From Candidatus Krumholzibacteriota bacterium (lineage in GTDB: Bacteria; Krumholzibacteriota; Krumholzibacteriia; JAJRXK01), in contig CAVSGG010000006.1 of NCBI GenBank assembly GCA_963727455.1, positions 96,001 to 160,000 on the forward strand: a DNA stretch of 64,000 nt, read 5' to 3'. The notes under the pieces are model-generated. The model searched no databases. It saw only the letters and a list, made by a program, of their open reading frames with translations, and had not been told where the DNA came from. Position numbers and translations under genes: made by a program. Shown piece after piece: positions 1 to 9,405 of the stretch (positions are counted from its first letter, which is position 1; every line of letters begins with the position of its first letter).

Positions 1-114
1 CGGAGCCAAGACTCTCGAGCAGATTCACGAAGAGGAAGAGGCGAAGGGCTGGGATATCGCCGACCCCGCCTGAGGTAGCTACCCCGGCCGCCTCGCTTCC
101 ACCGCTTCGACCAT

Positions 115-1587
115 TCAGTCACTCAGCGGAAAATCCCGCAGTGTGCCGCGTACGGGGTCTCCGATGCGCAGGCGGTGGTTGTTCGTATCGCATATCAACA
201 GCTCCTCGCCCCAAAGATCCACTCCCTGCGGCTCGTAAAGATCGCTCGCGTCACCGCTCCCCAGGACGGTCCGCACCTCGAGACTTTCCAGATCGATGGA
301 TTTGATCTTGTTGTTGAAGGTATCTGCCAGGTAGACCCGAGGCCGGCCCTGATCAAAGCCGACGCAGACATGCATGGGGTGCTGGAGCCGCGCCTCCAGC
401 GCGGTTCCGTCCCGATCGCCAAAGTCGAAGAGGCCCTGGCCGGTGAGGGTCTCCACTTTCTGGCTCTCCAGATCGATCGCGCGAATGCTTGAGACCTCGC
501 TGTCGGCGACGAAGAGATAGCGCCCCAACAGAGCCAGGCCGCTGGGTTGGGCGAAGGAGGCCTCGCGCAGCGGGCCGTCTCGGTGATCCTCCAGTCCGTT
601 GCCGGCGAAAGGACCGAAGATCTCCCGCTTGGGATCGTAGAGCCAAATCTGATGACTCCCGGCCATGGCCAAGAGCGCGATTCCGTCGCTCGTGCACACA
701 TCCCAGGGAGAACGAAGCGCCATGTCGCCGGGCGCGGGGGAGACCCCGAGCGGCTCTCCGAGCCACAGCTTGCCCGATCCGGCCAGGGCCGTAATGCTGC
801 CCGAGTCCAGGTTCACGCTCAGGAGCATGTGCTGGCCAGGATCGGCTACGAGCAGCTGATCTACGAGAACGGCCATGCCCTCAGGCGCAACGAACCGCAG
901 GGGGCCGCTTTCCCCGAAGGCGCGCAGAATGCGCCCGTCCAAGCTGACTTGCAGCACCCGATGGTTGCCGGTATCGGCGATGTACAAATGTTCTTCGTGG
1001 ACCAGTACCTTTCCGGGGAAGCGCAGGGTGTCGCCCCCAGAAGAGGAACTCGGCTCGCGCCCCGATCCGCCTTCGGCCAACTCAGGTCGCGGCCGGTAGG
1101 GCTCGCTCGCAAGCGAGCCGTCTTTCACTCCCTCGGCCAGCAGCTCATCGATCTTGGTTGCGAGTTCCTCGGCACCGATTTCGCCCGGGAGGGTCTCCCG
1201 CAGTCGCCCTTTGCTGTCGATCAATGCCAGAGTGGGCCAGCCCTTCACTCCGTAAGCTCGCCACAGCGCGTGCTCGTTGTCGACCAGCACGGGATGTTGG
1301 ATGTGGTGACGCTCGATCGCGGCGCGCAGATTATCGAGTTCGCGTTCCGAATCGAACTTGGCGGCATGCACCCCGACCACGGCAACTGCTCGCTTCGCAT
1401 AGCGCCGCTCGATCGCGTCCAGAACCGGCAGGATGTGCATGCAGTTGACACAGCAGTATGTCCAGAAATCCAGAATGACGACGTGTCCGCGCAACTCCTC
1501 TTCCCTGCGGAGCGCTTGCGCTGTGTTGAGCCAGACCGCAGGGCTCGGAAATAAGGGTGCAGTTTCAAAATCTTTCGGCATGCTCAT
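115..1587 (-). CDS. Thioredoxin-like (redoxin) domain + NHL-repeat beta-propeller protein (NHLRC2/SOQ1-like)
   Basis: N-terminal DFWTYCCVNCMH motif and VVGVHAAKF; C-terminal NHL repeats (LYIADTGNHRV, LFVADSEVSSIR, VYLADTFNNKIK, LLICDTNNHRL). No signal peptide. Start could be 1581. Confidence 0.9.
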   Translation of the reverse strand: MSMPKDFETAPLFPSPAVWLNTAQALRREEELRGHVVILDFWTYCCVNCMHILPVLDAIERRYAKRAVAVVGVHAAKFDSERELDNLRAAIERHHIQHPVLVDNEHALWRAYGVKGWPTLALIDSKGRLRETLPGEIGAEELATKIDELLAEGVKDGSLASEPYRPRPELAEGGSGREPSSSSGGDTLRFPGKVLVHEEHLYIADTGNHRVLQVSLDGRILRAFGESGPLRFVAPEGMAVLVDQLLVADPGQHMLLSVNLDSGSITALAGSGKLWLGEPLGVSPAPGDMALRSPWDVCTSDGIALLAMAGSHQIWLYDPKREIFGPFAGNGLEDHRDGPLREASFAQPSGLALLGRYLFVADSEVSSIRAIDLESQKVETLTGQGLFDFGDRDGTALEARLQHPMHVCVGFDQGRPRVYLADTFNNKIKSIDLESLEVRTVLGSGDASDLYEPQGVDLWGEELLICDTNNHRLRIGDPVRGTLRDFPLSD

Positions 1588-1707
1588 CCTCTGACTTGAT
1601 CTGAGACTCGGTCTGGCGTTCGCGTTTCCGATTCGGTATCCTGCCCCTAACTTGGCCCTTCGAAGCGATCAGATTCTCATCCCTGCGACCCAGTGGAGGT
1701 TCGTACT

Positions 1708-1971
1708 ATGTCCAAGGGCGGTGTTCTGGGTCTAGCCTTCACTCTCGCGGTGATCTTGTTGGCGGTTTTCGCCGTGCGCGGGGTGCGACGAGTAAATTGT
1801 AAGGTCTGCGTGACCTACGAGCAGCATACTGTCTGCCGCAGCGGCTCCGGACGCAACCGGGAGGACGCGGTAAAGTCGGCGCAGCGCTCCTGTTGCGCCG
1901 AATTGGCCTCGGGAATGACCGAGAGCATCAAATGCGAGAATCTGAAGCCGGACAGCATCGACTGCGACTGA
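1708..1971 (+). CDS. Small Cys-rich membrane-anchored hypothetical protein (87 aa)
   Basis: GGAGGT SD at 1695-1700 before ATG 1708; one N-terminal hydrophobic helix, then a ~60-aa domain with 7 Cys. Confidence 0.8.
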   Translation: MSKGGVLGLAFTLAVILLAVFAVRGVRRVNCKVCVTYEQHTVCRSGSGRNREDAVKSAQRSCCAELASGMTESIKCENLKPDSIDCD

Positions 1972-2004
1972 AGCGCGGGGAAATCTCGCGCGCAAGAGAG
2001 AGGC

Positions 2005-2664
2005 TCAGAGTTTGGTTCCGAAGCCGAGTCCGACGTTCACCCCCGCCGGAAACGTTCCGATCCCCAAGCTGAACGCGAACCCGCTTTCCGTGTAGAGAAC
2101 CGCGCCGATCTCCACCACGAACTTCATCGTATCGCGATCCGGCGCGTCGATCCACAGCCTGCCGTCGGGTCCGGCCGTTGGCCTCAGGGCGTCCTTGTAC
2201 TGCGTGAAATTGTGCGAGCGCATGAAACCGAGGCCGCCGTAGGTGTAGAATTCGCGGCTGATACGACGGGTGAGGCCTGCGCGTCCCCCGCCCCAATCAC
2301 GCACGGTCTTCTCGGGCACTCCGCCCAACAGACCCTCCACCGTCTCGCGGTCGAGATCATTGTAATAATAGGTTTCGTCGGAGATGCTACTGGTGGCGAT
2401 CCAGAGGGATCCGTACCCACCCCAGCCCTGCGCCGGAACGTAGTGGACGGCGGCGCCGATCAGGGGCTCCGGAGCCGAGAACATGATGTGCAGGGCCCAG
2501 ATGTGTTTCGGTCCCTCTTGCACGGGAGGGTGGCGCAAGGGCATGGGACGACTCTGGGCACGGGCCGGCTTCTGAGCGGCTGCGAGCAACGCTAGAGCAG
2601 AGATGAGGAGCGCGAGTACGCGGCGCGCGAGGAGAGGACGAAAGCTGAAAAATGCTGTTCGCAT
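2005..2664 (-). CDS. Exported protein, probable small outer-membrane beta-barrel
   Basis: Signal peptide (ALLAAAQKPARA); alternating hydrophobic/Gly/aromatic strands; ends VNVGLGFGTKL. Confidence 0.65.
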   Translation of the reverse strand: MRTAFFSFRPLLARRVLALLISALALLAAAQKPARAQSRPMPLRHPPVQEGPKHIWALHIMFSAPEPLIGAAVHYVPAQGWGGYGSLWIATSSISDETYYYNDLDRETVEGLLGGVPEKTVRDWGGGRAGLTRRISREFYTYGGLGFMRSHNFTQYKDALRPTAGPDGRLWIDAPDRDTMKFVVEIGAVLYTESGFAFSLGIGTFPAGVNVGLGFGTKL

Positions 2665-2670
2665 ACCGGA

Positions 2671-3333
2671 TCAACTACTGAGGAGCCGTACTCCTACCAA
2701 GATGCAGAAGCCTCGTTGCCGAATGGAATTGAGGCGGATGTCAGGACCGAGATCGTCCCCGCCGTAGGCATTCATCACGTTTTGGATGTACCGAAACTCC
2801 ACGAGCCCGCCGATGTGCCGCGTGAATGCGTTGTCCAATCCCATGCCCACCTGAGCCGAGATCACCGTATTATGGAACTTGTCGAAAACGAGAATGTCAT
2901 CGCGGCTGAGCACGAAATCGGCGCTGAAACCCACCAGAAAATAGAGATTCGAAGCTTGGTCAGCGGTTTGAAGTTTGGCTAGCACCGGTACGCTGAGGTA
3001 GTCGAGTCCTCCGTGCTGGGTGATCGTCTCTCCGGTGGGTTGGCCGCCATCGTCCACCACGAGGATCTCCTGCTGGATGTCCTTGGGCATGTAGATCGCC
3101 TCGGTGAGAAGCCGAAAATTGCTGCGGCGGCCAAACTTCCATTCCAGGGAGAGCCCCCCGGTCCCGGTCCAGCGAGCGTCGGGAGAGAAGAGCCGCTGTC
3201 CGCCGAAGTCGTAGTCCTGATTGCCGTTATAGACGCCACCCTTCAATGCGATCGCTCGAAACGGGCTGGCCAGGGCCGAGGTGGCCGTGAGGAGAGCGGC
3301 CAGAAGCACACAACTGATCTTGAGCATTCGCAT
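2671..3333 (-). CDS. Outer-membrane beta-barrel / porin-family (PorT-like) protein
   Basis: Start moved to ATG 3333 (GGAGG upstream on minus strand); signal peptide ending ALA; LKGG, LDYLSVPVLAK, VEFRY and terminal LVGVRL strands typical of OMP_b-brl_2-type proteins. Confidence 0.75.
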   Translation of the reverse strand: MRMLKISCVLLAALLTATSALASPFRAIALKGGVYNGNQDYDFGGQRLFSPDARWTGTGGLSLEWKFGRRSNFRLLTEAIYMPKDIQQEILVVDDGGQPTGETITQHGGLDYLSVPVLAKLQTADQASNLYFLVGFSADFVLSRDDILVFDKFHNTVISAQVGMGLDNAFTRHIGGLVEFRYIQNVMNAYGGDDLGPDIRLNSIRQRGFCILVGVRLLSS

Positions 3334-3472
3334 GAGAGACCTCCCGTGGGCCGAGGCGCTGTGACTTGACGCGGCGGAGCGGACTTTGGACATTCTACGG
3401 GAGGTGATCATCTCTCCCCACCAGATTCTTGACTCGGATCACCCATTCGCCATCCCCTGGGAGTTTTGTTCC

Positions 3473-5185
3473 ATGTTCAATCTACGGTTTCGAGGCAGCT
3501 TCGGACTAGGCCTGCTGACAACTTTGGCCTTCGCTGCCTTTTTGAGTTCGTGTTCTTCGGACAATGGGGGGAACGGTGGATTGGTTCAGCCGGGTGAGGC
3601 CAATTTGGCCATGCACTTCTCGGTCTACCAACTCACGGGAACTTCCGGCAAGAGCGCGCCCACGGGACTTTTGCTGTGGAAAGGAACCTCCGACGGACCT
3701 GACGCCGATTCCCCGCAGCAAACCGCGAACGCCCGGATTCCCGGAGCCGAGCCCTTCCGCATCGACTGGGAGCTGGTGGATCCCTCCACTACGATTCGCG
3801 GGTATCAGTTTCGCGCCACCCAGGTTCCCGAGGAGGGAGATCGACGCATGCCGCGGGATGCGAGCGACACACCTTATTGGGGCGACCAGCAGTCTTTCGT
3901 CTGCGAAAATTCCACGCCGATTGAAGACATTACATCTCGCTGTCCCACCGGTGGGGATTGTCCGGAGGTTCTGCTCTTTGGCTCCGACAAGGTTCACTCG
4001 TTTTGGGCCTTCGCCTCCACCGAGGACGGTCAGGAAACTCCTCTCGACCAGGCGCTCTTACAATTTGAAATCGTGAATGCGGTGCCCACCACGGAGCTTG
4101 TCGTAGATGGGACCTATCCCTACTACAACATGGCTGACGGTTCGGGTGGGGAGCTGAGGGCCACAATCGCCAACGGTGATACCATTCCCGCCGGGGCCAA
4201 AGTCGTATTCAAGCTCAGCGGCGAAGATCCCGATCCAGTCGTGCTGAAGACGGAATCGTTGCCGCGCGTGCGCTACCAGGGCCGTTACGAGATGGACTCG
4301 CGCAGCGGGCCGACCCGCCAACTTCAGACCAACTACAGTTCTCCCGCTGCGAGCGATACCATTGCCTTCACGGTGGGACCCTTCGAGTATCGCTTCTACG
4401 GGCGGGCCGTCGATCGCCTGCGCGCAGTCGATCCCACGCCCGTCGAATTTTCTTTCGTCGCAGGATACGCTCCCAGCCTCACCGCCATCCAACCCACTTC
4501 GAGTGACCAATTGCTACTCCGCAAGCCCAGCGATGGTACCTGGCCCGAGAACACGGTCGACTATCAAGTCACTTCAGGAGTCACGCGGTACTGGACGGGC
4601 AACCGCTTCCTGGACACCGAGGTGAGTGGATCGGAACAGTGGCAGGGGGATCTCTTTCGCATCCCACTGAAACTCGAGGGAATCGGCGATCCGCGAGAGC
4701 CGGCTACCGGTGGATTCGGTGCCGCCCGATCTTTCTCCTACGAGTGGCACTGCGACAACGATCCCGGAAACTTGATTCTCGATGGCGGCCGCAACGACGA
4801 TCTCTCGAGCTTCAACGACGCCACTTCAGCGGGAGAACTGTTGCTGTCGGGACAGACTGGGATCGAAGTCTTCGTGCCCGCAATCTTCTGGAGCAATCCG
4901 AGCATCTTCGAGCCTGGCAATTGCGAGGGCGTTTCCAGCTTGGACTACTGCGGAGTCGGCGAGTATCTACGCCGTCGATTGGGGCAAGTGACTCTGCTCG
5001 CGCAGGCTCGCAACACGCAGCACTTCCAGAGCTTCGAATATTTCTTCCGCGTCATCGATGAACCAAGTCAGTCGATCATCACCGATATCGGGGAGTCGGG
5101 TCTCGTGAGCGCGGCGGACTCGACGAGCTTCCCGATCCACCTCGGATTGGACGACGGCGGAGGGGGAGTGCTGACCTGGCCCTAA
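3473..5185 (+). CDS. Large lipoprotein of unknown function (beta-rich, Ig/Fn3-like segments)
   Basis: Start at ATG 3473; lipobox FLSS-C; segments such as YRFYGRAVDRLRAVDPTPVEFSF resemble Ig-like/Y_Y_Y modules. Confidence 0.7.
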   Translation: MFNLRFRGSFGLGLLTTLAFAAFLSSCSSDNGGNGGLVQPGEANLAMHFSVYQLTGTSGKSAPTGLLLWKGTSDGPDADSPQQTANARIPGAEPFRIDWELVDPSTTIRGYQFRATQVPEEGDRRMPRDASDTPYWGDQQSFVCENSTPIEDITSRCPTGGDCPEVLLFGSDKVHSFWAFASTEDGQETPLDQALLQFEIVNAVPTTELVVDGTYPYYNMADGSGGELRATIANGDTIPAGAKVVFKLSGEDPDPVVLKTESLPRVRYQGRYEMDSRSGPTRQLQTNYSSPAASDTIAFTVGPFEYRFYGRAVDRLRAVDPTPVEFSFVAGYAPSLTAIQPTSSDQLLLRKPSDGTWPENTVDYQVTSGVTRYWTGNRFLDTEVSGSEQWQGDLFRIPLKLEGIGDPREPATGGFGAARSFSYEWHCDNDPGNLILDGGRNDDLSSFNDATSAGELLLSGQTGIEVFVPAIFWSNPSIFEPGNCEGVSSLDYCGVGEYLRRRLGQVTLLAQARNTQHFQSFEYFFRVIDEPSQSIITDIGESGLVSAADSTSFPIHLGLDDGGGGVLTWP

Positions 5186-5194
5186 TTCCAGCGC

Positions 5195-7057
5195 TCAGGA
5201 GCGGGGAAGCTGCGCGAATTCCCCTTCCAATCGCCCCACGAGTTCCTCGAGCTGATCCACCACGGCTTGCACCGGTTCGGCCTGGCTCAGGTCGACACCC
5301 GCCCGTTTCAACAGTTCCATGGGATCGTCGCTGCCGCCGGCGCGCAGGAGTTCGAGATACCGTGCCGTTGCCTTCTCTCGTTCGGAGGGTTCTTCGGACT
5401 TGATCGTTGCGAAGATCTGCGCCGACGAGGCGAAGCAGGTCGCGTATTGGTACACGTAGAACGGGCTGCGGTAGAGATGGGGAATGCGGGCCCAGGTGGT
5501 GGCATAGAGTTCGTCGAGAGTGACCCCGCTTCCGTACCATTCCGATTGCAAACCGGAATACAGCGCGTTCAAAACCTCGGCCGTCACCGGCTCACCGCGT
5601 TCGACGATGCGGTGGGCTTCGAGCTCGAAGGCAGCAAAGAGAACTTGGCTGTAGAAGGTCCCCACGATTGAATCGATTGCATGCTGCAGCAGAAGGATCC
5701 TTTCGCGCGAGTCCTCGGTGTGCCGCAGCATGTGATCCAAGAGGAGACGTTCGTTGAGGGTGGATGCGACTTCCGCCACGAAGATGGTGTAATCGGAGTA
5801 ACAGAAGGGCTGGCTCTCGTTGGCCAACACGGTGTGCATGGTGTGACCCATCTCGTGCGCGATGGTGAAGACGTTGTCCAGAGTCTGATTGAAGTTCAGG
5901 AGCACGTAGGGATGAACTCCGTAGACGCCGGCGGAGTACGCGCCAGTACGCTTGCCTTCGTTCTCGAAGACGTCAATCCAACGGTTGGAGAACGCCTCCT
6001 TCATACGCTTGTGATAGCTCTCACCCAGGGGCTGGACCGATTCCAGGACCTCATGCACCGCGTCCTCATACTCGTAGTGCTTGTCGATCTCGAGCAGGGG
6101 TAGGGTGCCGTCGTAGAGATGCATTTCCTTCAGGTTCAGAACGCGCCGGCGCAACTCGTAGTAACGGTGCAAAGGCGCGGTTCCCCTTCGCGTGGTCTCG
6201 ATGAGATTGGTCACTACCGTGGCGGGAATTGCGTCCGCGTGCAGAACGGCGTCCAAGCAAGAGGGGTACTTTCGTGCCTGCGCGCGCGCCCAGTCGCGTT
6301 GGCAAATTGCGCTGTAAATGGCGGCGTAGGTGTTGCTGTTCGCGGCGAAGGTCTCGTACAGCCCACGGAAGGCCATGGCGCGATCCTCCTGGTTGCGCTC
6401 CTTGGAGAGGATGGCGTAGTAGCGCCCGTAGGTCAGTTGAACCTCCTCACCGGTCGAAAGGGTGAGAAGCGGATAGCGGATATCGGCCGTGGAGAGCATC
6501 GAATAGATCTCCGAGGGCGAACCGTTGAACGAAGAACTATAGCTGAGCAGGGTTTCGCTCGTTTCGTCCAACACGTGCTCCTGTTGACGGAAGAGCTGAC
6601 GCATCGTGTAGCGGTACAAGCCGAGGCCCTCGTTCTCCTCCATCCAACGGTCCACGGTCTCTTGGCCGAGGGAGAGCAGCTCCGGATTGAACCAGGCGGT
6701 GGCGGTGGCGCTGCGCGCGAAGAGTAGACTCACCTCCTGGCGCATCGCGTCGATCTCGTTGCGCCGAACGTCTTCGTCAGCCTTGAGCGAGGCGAAGTAG
6801 TAGACACGATAGGCCAACTGATCGATCTCGTCGTTGAGCCGGAGGGCCTTCAGGAGAGCATCCGGGCCCTGTCCAAGGCTGCCCTTGAGGGCGATCATCT
6901 CGTCGATCTTTCCCTCGAGCTTCTTGAAGTCCGCTCGCCACTTGTCGAAGTCCGCGTAGATGTCCTCGAGACGCCATTTGTAACGCGGCTCGATATCCTC
7001 TCGCTTGAGCGTGCCGCCCCCAGTCTTGGGGTGCTGCGGAGTGATCATCATCGTCAT
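5195..7057 (-). CDS. pepF: Oligoendopeptidase F (M3B)
   Basis: REDIEPRYKWRLEDIY N-terminus, WIDVFENEGKRTGAYS, HEMGHTMH zinc motif, AEVAST, WARIPHLY, YVYQYAT. Confidence 0.95.
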   Translation of the reverse strand: MTMMITPQHPKTGGGTLKREDIEPRYKWRLEDIYADFDKWRADFKKLEGKIDEMIALKGSLGQGPDALLKALRLNDEIDQLAYRVYYFASLKADEDVRRNEIDAMRQEVSLLFARSATATAWFNPELLSLGQETVDRWMEENEGLGLYRYTMRQLFRQQEHVLDETSETLLSYSSSFNGSPSEIYSMLSTADIRYPLLTLSTGEEVQLTYGRYYAILSKERNQEDRAMAFRGLYETFAANSNTYAAIYSAICQRDWARAQARKYPSCLDAVLHADAIPATVVTNLIETTRRGTAPLHRYYELRRRVLNLKEMHLYDGTLPLLEIDKHYEYEDAVHEVLESVQPLGESYHKRMKEAFSNRWIDVFENEGKRTGAYSAGVYGVHPYVLLNFNQTLDNVFTIAHEMGHTMHTVLANESQPFCYSDYTIFVAEVASTLNERLLLDHMLRHTEDSRERILLLQHAIDSIVGTFYSQVLFAAFELEAHRIVERGEPVTAEVLNALYSGLQSEWYGSGVTLDELYATTWARIPHLYRSPFYVYQYATCFASSAQIFATIKSEEPSEREKATARYLELLRAGGSDDPMELLKRAGVDLSQAEPVQAVVDQLEELVGRLEGEFAQLPRS

Positions 7058-7072
7058 GTATCCTTCCGGGGG

Positions 7073-8053
7073 TCAGTCGCCAATCACCTCGAGCTGGAGA
7101 ACGCCGAAGTACTGGTGGCGGTCGGTCCAGTGGGCCACCAATTGGAATCCCGCGTCACGTGCCAACTCGGCAAACGAAGCCGGGTCGTACTTGTAGGAGT
7201 ACTCGGTTCGTATGCTCTCTCCGCGGCCAAAATGGATCCGTTCGCCCTGCACCGTCACAGTCTGTTCACGAGTGGAGACGAGGTGCATTTCGATGCGGCT
7301 CTGGGGGGGATTGTAAAAAGCGTAGTGTCGGAAGCAGTCGAGCTGAAAATCCGCTCCGAGTTCCCGGTTGAGACGGGCCAGCAGATTCAAATTGAACGCG
7401 GCGGTGACGCCGCAGGCATCGTTGTATGCGCGATGGAGCACGCGCGGGTCCTTCTTGAGATCGATTCCCAGGATCAGCGCTCCGCCCTCTCCCAGCACGC
7501 TCACCATGATCTCCAGAAGCGGGACGACCTGCTTCGGCGTGAAATTCCCGATCGTCGAGCCGGGGAAGTAGATCACGTTGCGGCGCGGCTCGACGCTGGG
7601 AGTGGGCAAAGGGAAGGGCTTGGTGAAATCCACGCAGACCGGAAGGAGCTCGAGCCGGGAATATTCCTCGTGGAGGCGGGTGCACGATTGGCGCAGGGCG
7701 TTGGAGCTGATGTCGACCGGCACGTAGGCGGCCGGGGCCCTGAGCTTGTCCAGCAAGCAGCGGGTCTTCAAGCTGCTGCCGCTGCCGAGTTCGACCACCA
7801 TGCAACCGGGACCCAGGCGTTCGGCGATGGAACCGGAATGCTCCCTCATGACCTCCAGTTCGCTGCGCGTGGGGTAGTATTCGGGAAGCTCGCAGATCTG
7901 CTCGAAGAGCTGGCTCCCGCGCCGATCGTAGAAATACTTGCTCGGCAAGTACTTGGGAGTGGAGGTGAGTCCGGTGAGCGCGTCTTCGAGCAAGTCGGAC
8001 GGTTGTGGCTCAAAATCGAGGATTTCGAACGCTTCTTGAGAACTCGGTTCCAT
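7073..8053 (-). CDS. egtD: L-histidine N(alpha)-methyltransferase
   Basis: KYLPSKYFYDRRGSQLFEQICELPEYYPTRSE, ELGSGSSLKT, FPGSTIGNF, AYNDACGVTAAFNLN, RIEMHL, TEYSYKY: hallmark EgtD motifs. Confidence 0.95.
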   Translation of the reverse strand: MEPSSQEAFEILDFEPQPSDLLEDALTGLTSTPKYLPSKYFYDRRGSQLFEQICELPEYYPTRSELEVMREHSGSIAERLGPGCMVVELGSGSSLKTRCLLDKLRAPAAYVPVDISSNALRQSCTRLHEEYSRLELLPVCVDFTKPFPLPTPSVEPRRNVIYFPGSTIGNFTPKQVVPLLEIMVSVLGEGGALILGIDLKKDPRVLHRAYNDACGVTAAFNLNLLARLNRELGADFQLDCFRHYAFYNPPQSRIEMHLVSTREQTVTVQGERIHFGRGESIRTEYSYKYDPASFAELARDAGFQLVAHWTDRHQYFGVLQLEVIGD

Positions 8054-8201
8054 GCTTTCCCGTATTCGTGAGATTGGACCTGACGCGCGGGCCAGAGCGA
8101 GGAGCGCCTCGAGGGCGCTGATGACAGGCCGTCCTTCGCCGTGGATATGGTACCAGAGCCCGCCTTTGCGGCAAAGCCCGGTTCTGGGCCCCGATCCCCC
8201 C

Positions 8202-8230
8202 TGTAACTCCCGTGCGGGCTGGCGCGTCTA
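8202..8230 (+). promoter_or_regulatory. ECF-type promoter TGTAAC-N17-CGTCTA, probably autoregulatory
   Basis: TGTAAC 8202-8207 and CGTCTA 8225-8230, 17-nt spacer, 16 nt upstream of the ECF sigma ATG; matches the AAC/CGT ECF consensus. Confidence 0.75.
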
Positions 8231-8246
8231 GCAGAAAGAATGGCAG

Positions 8247-8822
8247 ATGAAGATGGATCGACCTGCATTCAACCGCCTCCTGCTCGAGCAGAAGGACGCC
8301 GTCTATGGACTGGCGGTGCATCTGCTCAATTCGAGGGAAGAGGCGCAGGACGTGGTGCAGGACGTTTTCCTGAAGCTCTGGCGGAAAGGCGGCGCGGTCG
8401 AGGTCCAGTCGCGGCCGGCCTGGCTGCTCCGGGTTTGTCGAAACGCCTGCCTGGACCGGCTGCGGCGGCGCAAGGTTCGCCGCCACCATCGGGCCGACCC
8501 CAGCCAGATCAAACTGGGCGTCGGCTCACCCCGCGAGTTCGATGGGGACTCTGGGCGAGAGCTTTCCTTCGACCTCAGTGACGAGGGAGCCGGCGCCCAA
8601 CAGGTCGAGGATCGAAGCGAGGTACGGAGGATCGTGGCTGCGATGCAAAGACTGAGCGAGCCTCAGCGTTCGATCATCATGATGCGGGAGCTGCAGGGTT
8701 TCAGCTACGAGGAAATTGCCTCGACGACGGAACTCTCGCTCTCAGCAGTGAAGGTGAGTCTGCACCGCGCGCGCAAGAAAGTGCGACGGATCTTCGAGGA
8801 GGCAAAGGAGGTGCAAGCGTGA
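8247..8822 (+). CDS. ECF RNA polymerase sigma factor
   Basis: Region 2 (EAQDVVQDVFLKLW, WLLRVCRNACLDRLRR) and region 4 (LSEPQRSIIMMRELQGFSYEEIA...AVKVSLHRARKK). Confidence 0.93.
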   Translation: MKMDRPAFNRLLLEQKDAVYGLAVHLLNSREEAQDVVQDVFLKLWRKGGAVEVQSRPAWLLRVCRNACLDRLRRRKVRRHHRADPSQIKLGVGSPREFDGDSGRELSFDLSDEGAGAQQVEDRSEVRRIVAAMQRLSEPQRSIIMMRELQGFSYEEIASTTELSLSAVKVSLHRARKKVRRIFEEAKEVQA

Positions 8823-9373
8823 ACGGCGACGAAAAATTCTTCGAAGAGAAGATGCGCGACTACCAGGCCCCCCGTTGCCCCGAGGAACTCGTCGATCGCA
8901 TCATGGCGCGAGTCGATGCCGAACCGCACCGCAAGTCTTTCGGCTCCTGGTGGGCGCTCTTCCGTTTCAAGTACGCTCTGGTGCCTGCCGCTGCGCTCGT
9001 GGTATTGCTCTTCGTGCTACTGCGCCCCGCGCCTCAGCCGCCCTCGACTCCATTGCCCGAGCACGAAACACCACAAGTGGCGATCGCCCCGCCCGAAACC
9101 ACTTCGACTCCGTGTGAGCTCGATCTACAGGAAATTCTTCGCCGCCTGGGAGCCAAGGATCGCGCGGAACTGGCGTACGACGACACGACTCTCTGCGAGG
9201 CGGCCGAGGATGTGCGCATGGCCCTGAACCTCATGGGCAAGGCCATGCATTCGACGGAACGCGTGTTGCGGAATGAAACCCGCAGACGCGTTGCCGATAC
9301 CGTGAGAATGGGGCTCGAAGCGTCGGGTGTATCGCCCGCGTCCGATGCCGCGAATCCCAAAAACGGCGGCTGA
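8819..9373 (+). CDS. Putative single-TM anti-sigma factor
   Basis: 4-nt overlap with the sigma stop; short cytoplasmic N-domain (APRCPEELVDRIMARV), one TM helix, Pro-rich linker, helical C-domain. Confidence 0.65.
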   Translation: MNGDEKFFEEKMRDYQAPRCPEELVDRIMARVDAEPHRKSFGSWWALFRFKYALVPAAALVVLLFVLLRPAPQPPSTPLPEHETPQVAIAPPETTSTPCELDLQEILRRLGAKDRAELAYDDTTLCEAAEDVRMALNLMGKAMHSTERVLRNETRRRVADTVRMGLEASGVSPASDAANPKNGG

Positions 9374-9405
9374 GATCAGCCGCCACAACCATCGGAGACC
9401 ATGTC

